This document shows, one piece after another, positions 32,363-34,319 of a stretch of DNA of 34,319 nucleotides. The position numbers and the translations under genes were made by a program. The stretch comes from Octopus bimaculoides (Eukaryota). Each line of letters begins with the position of its first letter. Within the stretch, counting starts at the first letter, position 1. The notes under the pieces are model-generated. The model had not been told where the DNA came from. It searched no databases and saw nothing but the letters and a program-made list of their open reading frames with translations. Where the stretch lies: NCBI RefSeq assembly GCF_001194135.2, contig NC_068991.1:57670858-57705176 (forward strand), given 5' to 3'.

Positions 32363-32771
32363 AGGCGCAGGAGTAGCTGTGTAGTAAGAAGTTTGCTACC
32401 CAACCAAGCAGTTCCGTGTTCAGGCCCACTGCGTGGTATCTTGGGCATGAGTCTTCTACTATAACATCGGGTCAACCAAATCTTTATGTGTGGACTTGGC
32501 TAGCGGAAAATGAAAGAAGCTCATCGTATATGTATATATATATCTACGTGTCTGACTGTGTGTTTGTCCCCACCCCATCACCACTTGACAACCGGTGTTC
32601 GTGTGTTTACGACTCCGTAACTTAGCGGTTCGTCTAAAGACACTGACAGAATAACATACCAGGCTTAGAAAACAAGTACTGGGGTCGATTCATTGGGCTA
32701 AAATTCCAAGGCGGTGCCACAGCATGGCCGCATTCTAATGACTGAAACGGGTAACAATTAAAAGATAAAAG
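32363..32771 (+). mobile_element. SINE family B, full length
   Basis: tRNA-like head AGGCGCAGGAGTAGCTGTGTAGTAAG...GTGTTCAGGCCC, central TA/TG tract, 3' module TTACGACTCCGTAACTTAGCGGTTCG...GGGGTCGATT...CAGCATGGCCGCA and an A-rich AAAAGATAAAAG tail. Confidence 0.9.
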
Positions 32772-34261
32772 ATCCAATTATATTAATTAATTATAATAAT
32801 TAATTATTATATAGTATAGAGCTAACTGATACCTCCTGATAAACTCTCGGCATTTCTACGAATGAGGGTTGAGAAAGACATAGCAGCATAATGTTCTTAG
32901 AGAAGCCTCGTGAGATTTCCGGCCTATCTGGTATTTGATAAAATGCTTGCAAACTGTGCAGTAGCGCTTTCGATTTGTCCCTGTCATCTCTTTCTCTATC
33001 CTCAAAGGATTTAAGAAGGAATTGTGATTTGTGCTTGTGCTGGTACCTTTGTTTCCAGACAAACCAACACGATATTATTATAGTCCACATCGTTCCAATA
33101 TCTCATCCCTCAAACTTCTAGTGGCCTGGTGCTACAAGTGTTACGTGGCCAGTAATTATCAGTGCGCTACATTTGTATGGAATTACATTTTCTTAGCTGA
33201 ACAATTAAAAAGCTGAAGCGCGGCATCTGCCCTACTTTCCGTTAGATGTTAGTGAGCGACCTATGTCATATCTAGTGTGCAACTCACTAGTTCCTAGTGC
33301 ACATCTAACTTATCTAACGTAACATAATACAGATGTTTATCTGATTCCATGTCTGTTGTTTATGGTCAAACTTCTGCTAGAATAAATATAGTACAATTAA
33401 TATCTAAATACTTTCCAGGATCTATCAACTATTAATTTACATAACGAAGACAATGTTTCATTTTTGTATTTGATTTACAAGGTTCTTGATTTATACTCGG
33501 CTGTTGAAGAAATCATTGTTTTTCTTCTGTGATAGCAATCCCTATAGCTTACTTAACTTGCATATATATATATATATAGAAATCCTGTAAACTGCAATAT
33601 TCCTCTGGAAAAATAATCACGTATAAATTTATAGCATTAAAAAGCATCGAAGTACACCAGTAGTAGACGAAAAGCATACAAGAGTGGATGTGAATTGATT
33701 TCTTCTTCTTTGTGTATCATCAGTAGCAAGTATCCACTATCAACCGCATGGTTTGGAAACTTAATCTCTACTGATAAAGGAAACAGTAATTAACAAAAAA
33801 CTAGGTAAAAATTCATAACGAAACTATTGGTTACAAATAATATTCGGTATATTTTACTTAACGCAGGTGATTACGCCAATAATAAATTTATTCAGATTAT
33901 ACCGATAATAAACATACCAGTGACTACGCATGGGTATAATGACAAAAAAATAATATAACAGACAAATAATCGTGCATTGTTTGATACTTTCACACTCCTC
34001 TCACCGGAAAATGCCCTCGGATGACGGAAATTTCAAGGTAATATCAAGACCTAAAATTTTTTCCAGTGTACTAATAAGTGAAGCTGAAAAAAATATTTTG
34101 TCAAAAGCTGGACAAAATATAGTTGAATTTAAGAACGACAATTGTGAGAACGAAAAATAAGCGGCCATTTTGATTTATCATTAAAGAATGCCAATCCCCC
34201 ACCACCGATAAAAAAAACGAAAGGTAACTACATTGAAAGAGAACATTTATTCATTCATATA

Positions 34262-34264
34262 TAA

Positions 34265-34319
<55 letters not shown>
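34262..34319. repeat. (TA)n microsatellite at the window end
   Basis: Directly visible. Confidence 0.97.

Noticed and set aside
32856-33062. Minus-strand ORF with RKRYCTVCK...RKS...LC...F...H, resembling a piggyBac cysteine-rich domain or zinc finger
   Set aside because: The second CxxC is missing in all frames I checked and there is no transposase sequence upstream.

Overview
AT-rich, repeat-dense eukaryotic DNA with no recognisable host gene. The microsatellite load and SINE families look like an octopus/cephalopod scaffold (inference from remembered repeat sequences, not a search). About 6.4 kb (~19%) is N, in 14 gaps, and most of the supplied ORFs are artefacts of N-runs or microsatellites. 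Supportable content: (TA)n/(CA)n/(GA)n/(GATA)n/(TAC)n microsatellites; three tRNA-headed SINE families (labelled A, B, C here); a young CR1/L2-group LINE ORF2 fragment (15843-17035, +) and an older 3' fragment of the same type (17700-18140, -); a decayed Tc1 transposase 5' end; a decayed Helitron helicase C-terminus fused to a SINE head; a piggyBac-type MITE; and a pogo/Tigger-type MITE. Two things stand out: a candidate type I hammerhead ribozyme of the minimal Penelope-associated kind (11770-11834), and a ~1.4 kb degenerate array of a palindromic ~20-bp core with variable spacers (9770-11160). I see no evidence for a new protein-coding system.
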